From Lophium mytilinum (Eukaryota): DNA of 64,000 nt. Under the pieces are notes generated by a model. It searched no databases. It worked only from the letters and a program-made list of their open reading frames with translations, and was not told the DNA's origin. The stretch is taken from NCBI GenBank assembly GCA_010093605.1, contig MU004191.1, positions 1,844,816-1,908,815 of the forward strand, in the 5' to 3' direction. The position numbers and the translations under genes are program-made. Shown piece after piece: positions 50,301-62,953 of this stretch (position 1 is its first letter; every line of letters starts with the position of its first letter).

Positions 50301-53300
50301 TAAATATATAGTAGATCTATATGCAACTATTAAATAGCTACTACTATAAGGTAGCCTAACTAAGCTAATATATTAAAGAATAGGCTTAAGGGGGGGTAGT
50401 TAACCTTAGCATAGACGTAGTTGCAAAGGAAGTATAGAATATAACCTAGGGAAGCCCAGGAAAGTTAAAGACAATAATAATAGAGGATAATATTATAGGC
50501 CCTAGAGGTTAAGTTAATCTAAAATATATCTAGCTTAGGTTTAAGCACTATATACTAAATAGCCCAAGGGCTTATTTAGGCAGAATTCTAATAATTAAAG
50601 AATTCTAGAATTATTTAGCAATATAAAAGAAGCAAGAGAGGAATATAAGTAGTTAGTTATTAGATAAAGAGTATAAGTATAAAGAGAGTTTAGGTAACTA
50701 TAGCTTAGAAATAGAGGACTTAGAGGACTTAGGGTAAGAGGTCTAGAAGAATAAGGCTTAAGTAGAAGAGTTTTAAGAAGTATATAGATTTAAGCGTTAA
50801 TAGGTAGACTAGTAGGGGCGGCGTTATAAAGAAGAATTATTAATAAGAGAGGTAGTAAAGTATTTAGTATAAGATATAAAGGGCGTTAGTAGAAAGGCTT
50901 CTAGCTAGGCTCTTATATAGTACGCAAATACTTATCTAGTAGGTGTATAGTAGTAATATATATAAGAAGAGAGGTAATAATAGGCGTACTTAATATAAGT
51001 AGTAAAGGGCCCTAGTAGAAAGGCTTTCTAGCAAGACCCTTATACTATAGGTAAATAGTTATACAACAACGCGCAATATTCTATTAACCTATCTTAGCGC
51101 AGTACTGTATTACTAGAACTAGGCGATATATAGCGTAGTATTATAGATTAACCGTAAACATTTATATATTAGCGAAATTAAGTAAAACGCTAATATATTT
51201 ATACCTGTAATATTTTAACCTTATATAATATATAGCCATTATATTAACCTTAAGAGTTAACTTAAGTAGTTTACTATTAAAGGCTTAGCGTCTTAGCAGC
51301 CGGCGGCTATTAGCCCGGCCGCCCATAAACTTATCCACCGCCTAGCAGCTTTAACTTTCTTACTTTTATACTAATCTCTCCTTCTATACTACCGCACCCC
51401 CATTACTTCTACTTATCTAGCTACCTGCGGAATAGTTGCGCGCTAGTTTCTTATTTACTAGATAATAGTTAGCAGCTTTCTAGCTATATTAGAGCCGCAA
51501 TTAGCTAGTTTTAGGCGTTCTTTTAGCTAGCGGTTAAGCCTTTTAGTAAGTTTACTATCTAGCAGGTAAAATTAAGTTACGTTATAGCTAATTCTGCTAA
51601 TAGGTTTATTCTATTGCAATTTCTCTAAGAGTAGAGTAAGGTAAGCGTATTATAAGAATTATTATAGAAAGGCTTCCTGCTAGAGCCCTTTACTAGTCTT
51701 AGTAGATTAGTCTACCTTAATTTTAAAGATGCGGCGGCAGGAAATATTAAGAAAATAATAATACTAAAAATACCCAGTATAGTGCATAGGGTCTTAGTAG
51801 AAAGCCTTTCTACTAGGGCCCTTTACCTGCCTTCTTTCTTCTATTATTTAAGATAAGCTAATATATTAATAGGCTAGCTATAAATACCTTAAGCAACGGG
51901 GACCCTAGTAAGGTAGTAGTAAAGGTTGCATCCCTATATATATTACCTATAACTAACCTAGTAGATAGCTATAAGAAATAATCTACTTCTTCTAAAGTAC
52001 TAGAAGATTTAAATTCTACCTCTCTACTAGTTACTAAATTAGGGGTTAATGCCTATGTTAATTTAAAGCGCAATTAGCCGGCCACTGCAATAAATCTAGA
52101 GACGCTTGCATTAGTAAATAGCAAAGTAGTTTATCTAGATAGCGATAACTATAGTAATAACTCTAATATCCCTAAGAACTCTAATAAAGAGTAAGAAAAG
52201 CTTTAAGCGCTAGTTACTAGCAGTAGGAAAGATAAAAAGTTAGAGAAGTTATAGGCCTTAGTAAATACGCTATATGCTAGTAGAATAAAGTTAGCTAAGC
52301 TTTATAGTTAAATAAAAGTAGAACTTAAAGTAATTCTAGCTAAGCCTAATTTCTAAGTAATTTAGAATAAGTATAAGGATAGGTATTTAGACCTAAAGCG
52401 CGCCGTATACAGTTAGAATTAAGGGGCTAGTTTTACTACTATTCTAAACGCTTTTAAGACTAGCGAGTTGCATAATCTATAGTAATATACTACTCCTTAG
52501 CCTAAGATAGATAACTATAAACCCGTAGATTAGGTAGCTTAATTTATTAGTTAATGCTTTAATTACTACCAGAAGCGGTTTAGTGGGTTTTTGCACAACC
52601 GCGCTAATATTACTAATAATAAAGCGCTTAGAATCTTCTTTAAATTAAAGAAAAATATAGAATTTAAGAGTAGCCCGTCTTAAGCTAGTAGGACCGCCTA
52701 TACTAAGAACTAAATTAAGATATAGAATGTTCTTTAAAAAATAAAGCTTAGTCTAGTACCGGCACCTAAGACCCCGGCCAAAACTATTACTTATAGTAGT
52801 AAGAATATTAATAGGAAGCCTTTCTATTAAGGCCCTTCTAGGCCTCCCTGTTAGCAGTCGCCCTCTTATTTTACTAAGAAGAAACTCGCGGCTATTAACA
52901 TAGAGGTTAACGTAGACAACCCTATCTAGGAGTTATCTAAAGAGGAAATTACTATAAACCTAGTTAATAAGAAGAAAGGTAACGTTAATATTACTAGCGC
53001 TAAGTATATTACCGGCACTATAAAATAGAAGCTTAAGTTAGTAATTATGCATGCTAAGCGCACTAGAGTAATAATTAACTAGAACTCGTTAAAGTTTTAA
53101 TATAACGCATATTGGGTAATTAGATAGATAGTAGGAGATTTTATATATACTATTAAATAGCACCTAAATATGCGCGCTGTAGATTTAAATAAGAATAAGT
53201 ACGCTAATCTAGATAGTATTAAATATGCCTAAGATATAGAGGCTAATATAAGGGCTACCGCTATTAATATAAAGAATATTATCCTCTTTACTATACTAAC

Positions 53301-53449
53301 CGCAGTAGATCTTACAACGTAGAGTACACTCCGCCTTCTAATAACTAATAAAGCCTATTAGCTAGATAACCTTAAAGAAGTAATAAAGGCCCTACGCATT
53401 TATAACTATTGGAAACCCCGCCTTATTATAATAAATAGTAATATTTACT

Positions 53450-55560
53450 TAAGGTAGTAGTAGATTACCGGGGCTTACTATATATACTATATTATATAGA
53501 AAGGCTTTCTTAGTAGGGCTTTAATTACAGATAAGGTTAGTATTAGAAAGATATTTTTAATAGCTACCCTTATTAGATATATAAGCAATTTCTCTTTAAA
53601 GGGTATTAATAGAAAGCCTTTCTACTACCCCCCTAATAGTTTCTCTTAGCATCTACTAATTTAATTATAGCTTATTACTAAGCGCTAGCGCAAAGTTATA
53701 GATAAGAAAGACCCCGGGCTAGTAAAGCCCTTTTTTTTTCTTATGCCTCCCGTTTTAGTATACTAAATAGTAAATAAACTTATAAAGTTTAGTTCTAAAC
53801 TTAAGCTCTATATCTATTTATTAAAGGGCTAAGTTACTTTCTATAGCGCTATATTTCTACATAATACCTTAACTAGAAACTATTCCTTATTTAATACTAA
53901 AAATAAGGTAAATGCTAAGAGCATTGTAATCGCCAGCTATTAGGTAATAGCTAGTCGGCACGGTCCCTAGCCCGCATTAAAGTAGTATAGCAATAATAAT
54001 CTTACTAAGCTAAAGAACTAGGTTAAATATCGCCTAAGCTCTACCTAGCCCGGTTTCTTAAGTAGCTATTTTAACGTCTAATTTATAGATAAGTGCTAGC
54101 TTATTAAAAGTAACTAAGTAAACCTCCACCTAACCGCGTTATAGCTTTACTTAGACTTTACTATACTCTATAGTAGGACCCTACTATATATAGGTATTAC
54201 TAATATGCCTACTTATATATCTTTTATAGAACTAAGAGATAAGTATTTATAATTCTGCACATACCGCTTAAAACCTAGTAAAGCTAAGTTTATTCCAGGT
54301 ACTAATAATCCGTTTAAGCTTCCTAATAACTATTTAGGTGTAATTTTCTAGTATACACGCAAGGCTTTTAAAAATTTTATTCTACCTTTATTTAACCTGT
54401 AAGTTATTATATAAAGGGCCCTAGTAAAAAGGCTTCTAGCTAGGGCCCTTATCTCTTCTCTTATTTACTTTAATTTTTTAATATTTCTCTAGGATTATAT
54501 AGGGGCTTTATTTACGCTTAATTTTTAGTAAGTATATAATTACTCGCTTATACCCTTCTATATACCTAAATAATTCTACTAATCCTGCCACCTAAATTAG
54601 AGGATTACTTCCGCGGTTAGTTACGCGAGTAATTAAGCTATAGCCTATAAAACTAGGCTATATTATCTATACTAATAAATTACTAAGCTACCTTAAGTTA
54701 TTAATAGTTTCTACTAAGAACTGTGTAGGCTAGCGCACCTATATATTTAATATATGCTCTATATATGCTCTTAACCTTATAAGTACTGCGCTATTTTTAG
54801 TCTACTCTAAGCGCGCTATAATAGCATATCCGTAAGAGAAGGTCTTAGATTTAAAGGGTAATAAGATTAAGAACGGCCCAAAAATCATCCCTCTTAAGAA
54901 TAATAGCGGTTACTAGTTAAAGGAAATAGACGTTTTGCAAGGCATAATAAAGTAAATTACCCGGAATAAGAACGTCTAAACTAACCCTAATTAGAAAGAC
55001 TTTAAAGCAAAGTCCGCACCCTTTTATTATATTATCGCTCTTTTTATCCGTAATGCCCCTAAAGTAGCTACACTACTATACTATTTAGCTAATAACGTTA
55101 TTAAGCGTATAGAGAAGGTTATTATTTAGACTAACTACCTAAATAAGTAAATAATTCTTGCTAAGATTATTAACTATTATAAAATAGATGCTTATATACT
55201 AGCCTTTAATCTCTCTACTACTAACCGGGATAACTTTATCTTAGTGTTTAACAACCCCGACTCTAAAGTAAAGATTCTTATTACTAGTTACTAGGCTAAT
55301 AGAGCTAGGCTTAATCTATAGTCTACTTATTATAATATATATCTTTTTAACCCTGCAGGCTCTATTTAGATTAAGAAGCAGGTAATAGCGCGTTTCTATA
55401 GAATTAGCTAGAAGTTTACTATTATAGTAACCGCGTTCTTTATCTAGGACACATTTAATGCCTTTACTCTCTCGCGCTAGGTGTAGATAGCGCTTTCCGG
55501 TCTTACTACTGCGTTAAACACTAACTAGATTAAGGTAGAGGGGACCTCTAAGGAAAAGCT
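53450..55560 (+). pseudogene. RIP-inactivated SNF2-family helicase/ATPase (core domains; full gene likely longer)
   Basis: Observed SRALITDKVSIRKI de-RIPs to GGALIADEVGIGKT (~53512-53553). Then motif Ia (MPPVLVxQ), IVIASY..RHGP, DKC*>DECQ (54088), SRTL>SGTP (54172), APK, EKVII, RARLNL*>GAGLNLQ (55301) and QVIARFYRIS*>RIGQ (55379). Motifs are in correct order and differ only by G>A/C>T. Confidence 0.85.
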
Positions 55561-58500
55561 AACCCTAGATAGCTAGTATGCGTAGATAACCTATAATAAT
55601 AAGAGTATTGCACCCCGCCTTATTATAGGCAAAATAGATATTTTAAATATGCCGGTAGAATTATATATTAAGCGCTTTAACTCCCTATAAGATATTCTTA
55701 TATTTCTAATAACCCTTATGCAAGGTAATATAACTTTTTAGTCTAGTAGGTTTAGTAATAAGTTCTAAGAAAAATAAGCGTATAAATTTACTAAATTAGA
55801 ATTAGAAGAAGAGTAGAAGAAGGGTGTAAATAGAGCGCCTAAGAAACCGCGTATTAATAAGCTAGGTTTAAGGCTTAAGTATTATCCTGTAAGTAGTAAG
55901 TTCGCCCTTATAGGTTCTAGCGGGAAGGCTTTCTACTAGGGCCCTACTTACCTTTTTATACTTTGCTAATCCGTGTTTTATAGTAAAAGCTACCCTAAAG
56001 CTAAAGCTAAAGACACTAGAGTAATAAAATAGTAAAGCTTTAAAGTAGAAGCGCAAAGCTAGTACTATACTAGCGGCTGCTATTAAGAAGTATAAGCCTA
56101 ACCCTAAGTCTACTATTATAGTTAAAGACTTAGATTCTACTAAATCTAATATGCCTACCCCTATAAAGAGCACTACTAGAAAGGCTTATAGCCCTTTTAT
56201 CTATTAATATAGGCCGGAGCGTAACCCTTTATATTAAGTCCCCGCTGTTTTTAGTAATATAGACAGCAATAACTCTTTTAGTAGGCTAAATAGTAATAAC
56301 TCTAAAGGTAAAAAGTATAAGAATAATACTTTATTCCTTGCAAAGTATATAGGTAAGAATTTATTCTAGGGCCTTTTTAGAAAGCCTTTCTACTAGGGCC
56401 CTTTAGCATCGCCTATTATACTGCTTAAGTGCTAACTATTATAATAGCTTCTACTTCCGCCCATTAACCTACTTTAACTCTACCTTCTAGCCCTCTTAGT
56501 ACCTTTAATAGACGCCTTATTAGGACCTCTTCTATAGACTCTATTCTATTACCTAATATATAGAAGAAGAGGTAGCGTAGAGTTTCTACTATCTCCTTAT
56601 AGAATTCTATAGATAATCTAGTTTTTTATTTACTACTAAAAGCTAACATTAATATAGATAATAACTAGACTAAGAGTAATAAGTAGAATAAGAAGAATAT
56701 TAAAACCCCCGACGTTAATATAGAGAACGTCCCGTCTAAGACTAATAAGTAAAATGGGGGGTATCTTAATAATTACCCGGATTTTACTACTACGCTATCT
56801 AAAGTTGCCTTTAAGCGTAATAGCAACTACAGTAGTAACTTAAATAACCCGCCGGAATTTATAGAAGAGGCCTTGTAGCTAACCTTAAAAACTATATCCT
56901 CTAGTAATACTAATAAGGGTTAGAAGCGCTAAGGCGCAAAAAAGAAGCCTACTATAAAGAAGGATAAAGTAGCTAAGAAAGACCCTATATCTAAATTCCT
57001 TATATATTGTCCGTACAAGTATATAATAAAGAAAGAGATTACTAAGTAGCGCCCTTAGCGCGAAAGAAAGGCTACTAAGAAGAAAGCTACTGCGTAGAAG
57101 TCTATAAACTCTACTAGACTAAAAATAGACCTACGCAGGCGGAAGAATAATCCTAATATTAGCTAACCGCCCGCGGTATTAGGTATAGATACTAACCCTA
57201 ATAGTAAAGAGAATAGTAGTAAATTAGAGGGGACTAGTATAGTGCTGGAGAAGTCTAATAGTAAGGTATAACTAGTAGGGTTTTTATAGAAAGGCTTTCT
57301 ATAGGGGCCCTTACCCTACTTTTTAAATTTAGTTTAGTATCTCTTAATATCTTTTTTTTTTTCTTTCTAACAGTTCTAATTAGGACTACTTTTCTTGCTA
57401 TTAGTTTGCACCTACTTACTTAGTACTGCTAACTTTTTACTATCCTAATTTCTTACTTACGTTCTATCCTCTACCCCCTAATAGTTAGTACTACTCCGCA
57501 GTAGTAGTATACTTTATACCCTTAAAATCTCCTAGTTTATATTTAGCCTCTAGATAGCGGCTTACTTAACTATAGAATATAGCGTAATATTTACTACTAT
57601 AACTATGCCTTGCGTATCTTATGCATAATATAATATTTATTTTATTTATCTATATTATAGAGGGCGGTCTCATCCACCGTAGTTTATGTAGTTAGAAAGG
57701 GTAATTACATTCTAATGCTGCTCTATTATATCTATACTATTAGCATGTACTTTCTATCTTTTTTATAGTAAAGAATCTGCTATTATATACCCTGTAATTT
57801 AACCCTTTTTACTAATATTAGTTATATAGCTAGGCTAAGTTCTCTCTATAGACTCTATCTATTAATACACTATATATAACTTTATTCTACCTATAGTTCC
57901 CTAAAGCGTATATTATTATATAATGCCTAAACTAACTAGAAGAAGAATTATTTATATATATTATTATTAAGTCTTTAGCGTACTAGGCGGCGGAAGGTAA
58001 TTTAGGTATTACAGTTATACTTTCTAGTTTATTAGCAATATATTTAGACCTGCTTATTATTAGTAAGAATAGTAATTCTTAAAGGGTTATAGTCTTACCG
58101 TTTATTACTTTTAATATAACTTTCCTTCTTCTTATAGTTATAAATAGTCTCTATATTATAAATAGAACTGCTCTTTTATTCTAGTATTTTCCTTTACTTC
58201 TATTCTTATAGCCATCTTAATAAGCGCTTTAGCCGTATAAGCTTCCTTCTTATAATAGAATCTAGAGTAGTATTTATAACCTCGCGCCTAGATAGAGTAT
58301 TAGGCGTAGTAAGAGAAGAAGCTAACTACTCTATTAGGATATATATATTGGGTAGACGTAGATATATCTACCCCTGCTAAATATTATCCTTAGCGTTTAG
58401 AGTTACTATGCTGCTGCGCGTTAACCTTAGTATACCGGGCTATATTTTATATACTTTAGCCTAGTTTAGAGTTGCAGCCGTCTCTATATTAGGTTAGGCC

Positions 58501-60668
58501 GCTTCTTATCTTATAAATATCCACCAGAACGCTCTAGAAAGAATATATATAGTATACTAATTAAAACTTACATATAGTATTATACGTAGGCTGCTACTAT
58601 ACTATAAGGGGTAGGTAGTAGTTAGAAAAAGGTTTAATGCGCTAGTTTCTATTAATCTTAGTATATTACGTGCTAACCTCTTATATTATATCTATACTTA
58701 TAATTAACCTTTAGAGGTTAACTTTATATACTATATATAAATAGCAGCTCTAAGAGTTTTATTTTATTACTATACTATACGTATATTTTATCTTAGGCGG
58801 AACTAGTAGGTTCCTATAATATATAGTTTATATAACTATACCCTGCGTTGCTTTAGCGCCCGCCTAATTTACTCTTCCTCTCTTTTCTTACTTTTTTAGC
58901 TTATTTCTCTCTACACTATAGCTGCAGGTAAACTAACAGCTAGAACTAGCATAGGAGAGACTTTTAATTATATTTAAGGCACTTTAGAGAAATAGTTTAA
59001 CGGTATATAAAGTTTTAAAGCTAGTAGGCTATGGGAATACCTATATAACTAACTTAGAAGAGTAGTATACTAAGAATAGCACCGCCATAATAGGTATACT
59101 AATAGGCTCGGGTACTATTACTTAGAACCCTCTTCTTAACCCTAATATACCTAGTAATACTACAGATCTTACCGCATAAAATGCTAGAGAGGAGTTCTTA
59201 TTATTTATTTCTAAAATAACTTCTAAGCTAGCTAATATAGACTAACCCTATACAACTAAACCGCTTACCGCGGAGGATACTACTAACCCTACCTACATTT
59301 ATGCCTAGAGAGAAGCACTTCTTGCAACTATCTAGAATTAAAATAGAGGTTCCCTTTTTAGTAATAGCCTAGGCATGCCTACTAATACTACTCTTAATAT
59401 ATAGCCTACTATAACTAAGTCTTAAACTCTCTATAACTATGCTAACCCTCTATTCTAAGCTACTAGAGATAGCGCCCTACCTTCTAAGTCTAATATTAAT
59501 ATTAAGCCTAAACTAGCTAATAAAGTTAATATAAAGATTAAGCCTAGTATTAAGATTAAGCCCGGCCTTATAAGCAGCCTGGATACTATAACTTTTTTAA
59601 GGATAATTTTAAGGATAAGAAGCTTCTACGCTTATAGATTAATATAGAAGAGAAGAAGGTAAGGGCTATATAAATAAGGTTTAAGGCTATAGCTAGAGAG
59701 CGGAAGCGGTAGGGCCTAATCTACTTCTAAATTTAAACCTTAAATAGAAGTAGTAGCGCTTTAACCTATTTCTATCTCTACGCGCTCATTAGTAAACACC
59801 TAACTCTTTATTTAGCGCTGCTAGGCCCTTACTATTCCCTAACCTATCTTCTCCTTTAATAGTAACGCGTCCCTACTTTTCTAGAACTATACTCTAGCCC
59901 TCTACGCTATCTATATGGAAATCGTCTAATAGGCTTTACTCTTTTACTTTACCTTACTTTTATTTCCTTCTTTAATAGCTTTATCTCTACTCTTCTACTA
60001 TTAGTCTTATCTTTTTCTACTATAGCGGAGCCTCTAGACCTAACCCCTAGTAATAGTACTAGTTTACCCTTTACTACTATAGTAAAACCTAAAGATTTAT
60101 CTTCTATTACTACTACTACCGCGTTGCTAACTTGCAAGCTCTAAAATTATAGATATTGCAGGAAGAAAGCTACTCTAAGGTATAGTTACTATGCTAGCAT
60201 TATCTACTACAATATAGATTATTAAAAGGCTAACTAGAAATTATCTAATACACCGCCTTCTTACATAAAGGTTATTACACCATAATAAGACTTCTATACT
60301 TTAGCTTAAATTTACTAATAGATAGTAAAGAGCGTAAAGTTTAGTAGATTATCTAAGGGGTAGAAATTAAAATAGGCTCTAGCTCTATTATATAACTATA
60401 AGCTATAATATACTTTACCTCTTATAAACTTAGCCCGCTATATATAAATATAGAGTCTCTCCTGCCTAAGCGCTAAAGAATAACTTCTAGTAGAGTAGCT
60501 GCAGCTACCCTAGCTTATATAGATTAAACTAGCACTCTACCTTAGCCTTCTTAGGCTAGCCTTTAACCTTATATATATACTAGCATAGGTAGTAATAATT
60601 ATTCTTATTCTTCCTTTATACTAAGCTTAATTACTACGCCGCTTTCTAGCTTTAAGAAGAAAAGAAAG

Positions 60669-61804
60669 ATAGAGGTTGTAGCTCCTCTTAGTAGTTAGAA
60701 CTCTACCCTACTATTAATAGATTAGATATATAGAGGCTCTATTCTAGGTACCCTAAGCATGCTATAAAACCTTCTTAGTATTAATAAGTTTAAGAAGTAG
60801 TATAAAGCCGCCGTTACCGCCGCTAGAGCCTAAGCCTAATCTACTCTCTAACCTATTCCTATCTCTATATGCTTATTAGTAAATACCTAGCTCTTTATCT
60901 AGCGCTGCTAGGCCCTTACTATCCCCTAACCTATCTTCTTATTTAATAGCAACACCTTTCTACTCTTCTAGAACTATACTCTAACCCTCTATACTGCCGG
61001 CTTTCCCTACTCTCTTACTACTACTAGCCCCTTTACCTTTAAGAAAGAAGCTAAAGAAGCCGCCTCTACTCTTAGCCTTACCCTCCTCTTCTCTCTTAAA
61101 GCCTTAGGTATAGTCTCTACCCCTAGTAAAACTAAAAAATGTACTCTAACTCTAACTTTTACTACTACTACCCCTAAGAAACCCTAGAAAAACTTTACTA
61201 GTATTCTTATAGAATTCTACTAAGCCTCTAAAATTTCTATTCTAACCTTTACTAAGTTTAAAACCGGCACCTACTTCTCTACTAAGCTATCGCTAGCCTT
61301 ATACCGCCCGGAGGACGCCCTCTTTAGTAGCCGCGCTATACTCTACCTATTAAAGAAAGCGGCTTATATAGCTATAGTAAGAGAGGTAGTACTCTAGCTA
61401 TATATAGGGATAGCTACCCGCTATATATAAGCCCGTGTTTAGAAAGAAGTAGTAGAAGATAGTAGAGGGTTCTAAAAACGCTGCAGTGTAGCTGCCGGGT
61501 AGTATAGTAGCGCAGGTGCTAGCACTAGCAAGCAAGCTAGGGCTACTATAGCTGGAGTATTAGTAGGCGGCGCTAAGTACGCTAGTGCCGGGGCTATCTA
61601 TAGTAAGTAGTTTATTCCCGGGGAGTAGAGTAGGTAGAGAGAATAGAGTAGTAGCAACGGCAAGGTATATAGTTAGAAAGAAGGCGGTAAGGAAAAAGTA
61701 TGCGCAGTTAATAGGAATAGAGTTAGAAGAAGTATTAGAGAGGAGGAAGGGGGTGTTAGAAAAGGTATTAGAGAAGGGGAAAAGAGAGGTAGAGATAAGG
61801 GAGG
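60669..61804 (+). pseudogene. RIP-inactivated protein with three double-stranded-RNA-binding domains, copy 1
   Basis: De-RIP reading: NTQLFIQRCQALAIPQPIFSF...PFTSKKEAKEAAS..GL; ENFTSILMEF.Q....PTFTEF...FGG....PSKKAA.AAVAREVV.WL; AAQVLALASKLGL.QPEY...ARHVVGKKAAREKCAQL. Confidence 0.75.
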
Positions 61805-62953
61805 NNNNNNNNNNTATAAAGATTAAGCCTAGTATTAAGATTAAGCCCGGCCTTATAAGTAGCCTAGATACTATAAGTTTTTTAAGAATAATTCTAAGAA
61901 TAAGAAGCTTCTGCGCTTGCGGATTAATATAGAAGAGAAGAAGGCAAGAGCTATATAAATAAGGTTTAAGGCTATAGCTAGAGAGTAGAAGTAGTAGGGC
62001 CTAATCTACTTTTAAATTTAAACCTTAGATAGGAGTAGTAGCGCTCTAATCTATCCCTATCTCTACGCGCTTATTAGCAAATACCTAACTCTTTATCTAG
62101 CGCTACTAGGCCCTCGCTATCTCCTAACCTATTTTCTTCTTTAATAGCAACGCGTTTCTACTCTTCTAGAACTATACTCTAGCTCTCTACGCCGCCTATG
62201 CAGAAATTATCTAATAGGCTTTACTCTTTTACTTTACCTTACTCTTATTTTCTTCTTTAATAGCTTTATCTCTACTCTTCTACTATTAGTCTTATCTTCT
62301 TCTACTATAGTAGAGCCTCTAGACTTAACTTCTAGTAATAGTACTAGTTTACCCTTTACTACTATAGTAAAATCTAAAGATTTATCTTCTATTACTACTA
62401 CTACTGCGTTACTAACTTATAAGCCCTAAAATTATAGATATTATAGAAAGAAAGCTACTCTAAGATATAGTTACTGCGCCAGCATTATCTACTATAATGC
62501 GGATTATTAAAAGGCTAACTAGAAATTATTTAATACGCCGCCTTCTTACATAAAGGTTATTGCACTATAATAAGACTTCTATACTTTAGCTTAAATTTAC
62601 TAATAGATAGCGAAGAGTGTAAAGTTTAGCAGATTATCTAAGGGGTAGAAATTAAAACGGGCTCTAGCTCTATTATGTAACTATAAGCTATAATATACTT
62701 TACCTCTTATAAACTTAGCCCGCTACGCATAAATATAGAGTTTCTTCTATCTAAGCACTAAAGAATAACTTCTAGTAGAGTAGCTGCAGCTACCCTAGCT
62801 TATATAGATTAAACTAGCACCCTACCTTAGCCTTTTTAGGCTAGCCTTTAACCTTATATATATACTAGCGTAGGCAGTAATAATTATTCTTATTCTTTCT
62901 TTATACTAAGCTTAATTACTATACTACTTTCTAGCTTTAAGAAGAAAAGAAAG

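Larger units (their letters stand above)
45431..57311. repeat. Dispersed 35-bp palindrome family, at least 12 copies
   Basis: Consensus AGGGCCCTAGTAGAAAG(G/C)CTTTCTACTAGGGCCCT. Copies at ~45431, 50880, 51006, 51655, 51788, 52802, 53600, 54415, 55911, 56167 (partial), 56368 and 57277. Confidence 0.88.

Noticed and set aside
53497..53522. Additional palindrome copy (tagaaaggctttcttagtagggc)
   Set aside because: It lies in the coding frame (QKGFLGGA) just before Walker A and lacks the left arm, so it was not counted as a true copy.
53450..55560. RIPed helicase as a duplicate of the nearby SWR1
   Set aside because: Motifs differ (DECQ/SGTP/RHGP versus DEAH/TGTP), it appears to have introns, and SWR1 shows no RIP damage, which a recent duplication would have caused.
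45431..57311. Palindromes as a CRISPR array or bacterial REP elements
   Set aside because: Eukaryotic context, irregular spacing from ~100 bp to several kb, mixed orientation and no cas genes.
45052..60137. ORF-track entries in the AT block (45052, 45071, 47725, 55868, 59949)
   Set aside because: They are N-gap artefacts or I/L/K/Y-rich chance or antisense frames of RIPed DNA.
61805..61814. 2,285-bp duplication as a pure assembly artefact
   Set aside because: The copies differ at many positions, each keeping different ancestral bases, so they are distinct. Their exact adjacency across the 10-N gap remains unverified.
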